26,644 nt of DNA from contig JBDHKN010000104.1 in the NCBI GenBank assembly GCA_039586365.1, forward strand, positions 1-26,644. The letters run 5' to 3'. Shown piece by piece: positions 25,189-26,644 of this stretch (position 1 is the first letter of the stretch; each line of letters starts with the position of its first letter). The translations under genes were made by a program, and so were the position numbers. The notes beneath the pieces are model-generated. The model did no database searches and had not been told where the DNA came from. It saw only the letters and a program-made list of their open reading frames with translations. This stretch comes from Gemmatimonadota bacterium (lineage in GTDB: Bacteria > Gemmatimonadota > Gemmatimonadetes > Gemmatimonadales > GWC2-71-9).

Positions 25189-26346
25189 GTGAGTGTAGAC
25201 ATGGTTTCCAACGACCATTCCGGTGCTACCCAGACGCTTCGTGTGGGCGTGCTCGGAGCTGGAGCTTGGGCCCGGGGAGCTCATCTGCCGGGGTTCGACC
25301 GAGATCCGCGTTGTGAGGTGGTGGCAATCGCCGATCCGCAGCTGCACCTTGCACGAACGGCAGGCGCGGAATTCGCCATTCCTACCGTGACCGGAGATCA
25401 CCGCGAGATCATCAACCGCAGTGACATCGATGTTATCGACGTGTGTACGCCGAGCCACACTCACTTCGAGTTAGCCTGGGCCGCGCTGGAGGCTGGGAAG
25501 CACGTGCTGTGTGAGAAACCCGTGGCCTATGACTACCGCGACACAGTTCGGGCGAGCGAGTTGGCTCGAGCCAAGGGGTTGAAGACCAAACTCGGCTTCA
25601 CCTTCCGATATAGCCCGGCTATGCGATACATGAAGGAGCTGATCGACGATGGGTTTGTGGGAACACCCTTCATCTTCAACGGCTACGAGCAGAACTCCCA
25701 GTGGATCAAGCCAGAAACGCCGCTGCGGCAAGTCGATCATGCGGCGGACCAGTCTGTGATCCAGGTTTCGTCGCTCGAAGGATACGGGGCGCCGATCATC
25801 GATCTGGCTCACTGGTTCGTTGGCAGTGGCTTCTCGCAAGTCGTCGGGACGCTGCACAACTTCATTCCGAATCGAGTGGTGCGGGCCACCGGTCGCATGA
25901 TGCGAATGAACATTGACGACGGTGACATCTTCATAGGTGAGTTCGCAACTGGAGCGATCGGGTCTATCCAGTCGAGCTTCGTGACTGTCGGGAACTACCC
26001 CGGACTCGAGGCTCGTGTCTATGGAAGTGAAGGCGCCCTGATTTGTCGCCTGGTAGAAGAGTTCGGCGTTTGTGAGACGCTCAGATCCGCCAAGCCCGAC
26101 GATGTCGAGTTCCGTGATGTGGAGATTCCAGAGCGGCTGTATCCCCCGGGAGGCAGTTCGCGCGAAAGCTGGCGTACTCTGTTCTACGCGAACTTGGTCT
26201 CCAATTTTGTGACGGAGATCCTGACTGGTGATGACCGGAACGAAGGGGATTTCTGGGATGGTGCGCTCGTGCAAGAAACGATCAACGCGGTAGAGCTGTC
26301 GTTCCGAGAGCGTCGTTGGGTGAGCCTGCCGCTGTCCACGGCCTGA
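25189..26346 (+). CDS. Gfo/Idh/MocA-family oxidoreductase
   Basis: RVGVLGAG Rossmann fold, VCTPSHTH, AGKHVLCEKP; start may be ATG25201. Confidence 0.95.
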   Translation: MSVDMVSNDHSGATQTLRVGVLGAGAWARGAHLPGFDRDPRCEVVAIADPQLHLARTAGAEFAIPTVTGDHREIINRSDIDVIDVCTPSHTHFELAWAALEAGKHVLCEKPVAYDYRDTVRASELARAKGLKTKLGFTFRYSPAMRYMKELIDDGFVGTPFIFNGYEQNSQWIKPETPLRQVDHAADQSVIQVSSLEGYGAPIIDLAHWFVGSGFSQVVGTLHNFIPNRVVRATGRMMRMNIDDGDIFIGEFATGAIGSIQSSFVTVGNYPGLEARVYGSEGALICRLVEEFGVCETLRSAKPDDVEFRDVEIPERLYPPGGSSRESWRTLFYANLVSNFVTEILTGDDRNEGDFWDGALVQETINAVELSFRERRWVSLPLSTA

Positions 26347-26367
26347 CGGTTCGTGACCCGCAGCCGG

Positions 26368-26644
26368 ATGGATTCCAACCCGATTTCTGATCCGACGCTC
26401 GATCGCTTCTTCGAGCACTACTTCCGCCGTCGACCGGTCAACGCGACGTTCACCGGCTTGCACGAGTATGACGCAAATCTCCCTGATTGGTCCTGTGGAG
26501 GACTGGAAGAGATGGGAGATGAAATGGTAACACTACGACGGGATCTGGCGTCACAACCGGCGTTCCCCCCCGGAGCCCTCGCAACAATCGACCGCTCGCT
26601 GGCCGACGGCTTCCTCGAGATTCAGCTTGCTGAGTTGGACGGCG
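26368..26644 (+). CDS. DUF885-like protein, N-terminal part (runs off the 3' edge)
   Basis: MDSNPISDPTLDRFFEHYFRRRPVNATFTGLHEYDANLPDWS, the P..AT..G.H.YD..LPD.S pattern; an in-frame GTG at 26353 is an alternative start. Confidence 0.75.
   Translation, partial: MDSNPISDPTLDRFFEHYFRRRPVNATFTGLHEYDANLPDWSCGGLEEMGDEMVTLRRDLASQPAFPPGALATIDRSLADGFLEIQLAELDG

Noticed and set aside
25471..26463. 330-aa antisense ORF (similarly 1449..2216, 23348..24088, 12444..13151)
   Set aside because: Shadow ORFs of well-supported genes, expected in high-GC DNA.

Overview
High-GC bacterial window; the gene content (kinase-TolB-like-TPR proteins, PadR + ADOP-type permeases) suggests Gemmatimonadota or Acidobacteriota, which is inference only. 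About 1-22.7 kb is an accessory, recombination-scarred island and about 22.8-26.6 kb is more ordinary genes. Left part: the end of an IS6-family element, then four tandem Hanks-type Ser/Thr kinase genes (two intact, one with a 43-nt frameshifting deletion at the start, one truncated and fused to a tyrosine-integrase remnant). Three of them share a conserved ~85-nt promoter/RBS/start block. Around 11.4-12.4 kb is a dense mosaic of fragments: integrase C-terminus, tRNA-Pro and tRNA-Lys 3' halves, PD40 lipoprotein start, Ig-like fragment, IS110 fragment. Middle: two divergent padR + duplicated-domain ABC permease (ADOP-like) modules. Each ~3.5-kb module is bracketed by direct copies of a ~300-nt non-coding element made of 10-bp phased repeats, a tRNA-Phe(GAA) 3' half with a 46/53-nt insertion in its T-loop, and a terminator. 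Further permease and kinase remnants, a lipoprotein and a methyltransferase follow. Right end: serine hydrolase, K+ channel, Gfo/Idh/MocA oxidoreductase, partial DUF885-like gene. The most interesting hypothesis is an array of signalling/transport gene cassettes delimited by tRNA-derived att-like sites. No complete tRNA, rRNA, CRISPR array or intact integrase was seen. All family assignments are by motif recognition; no searches were run.
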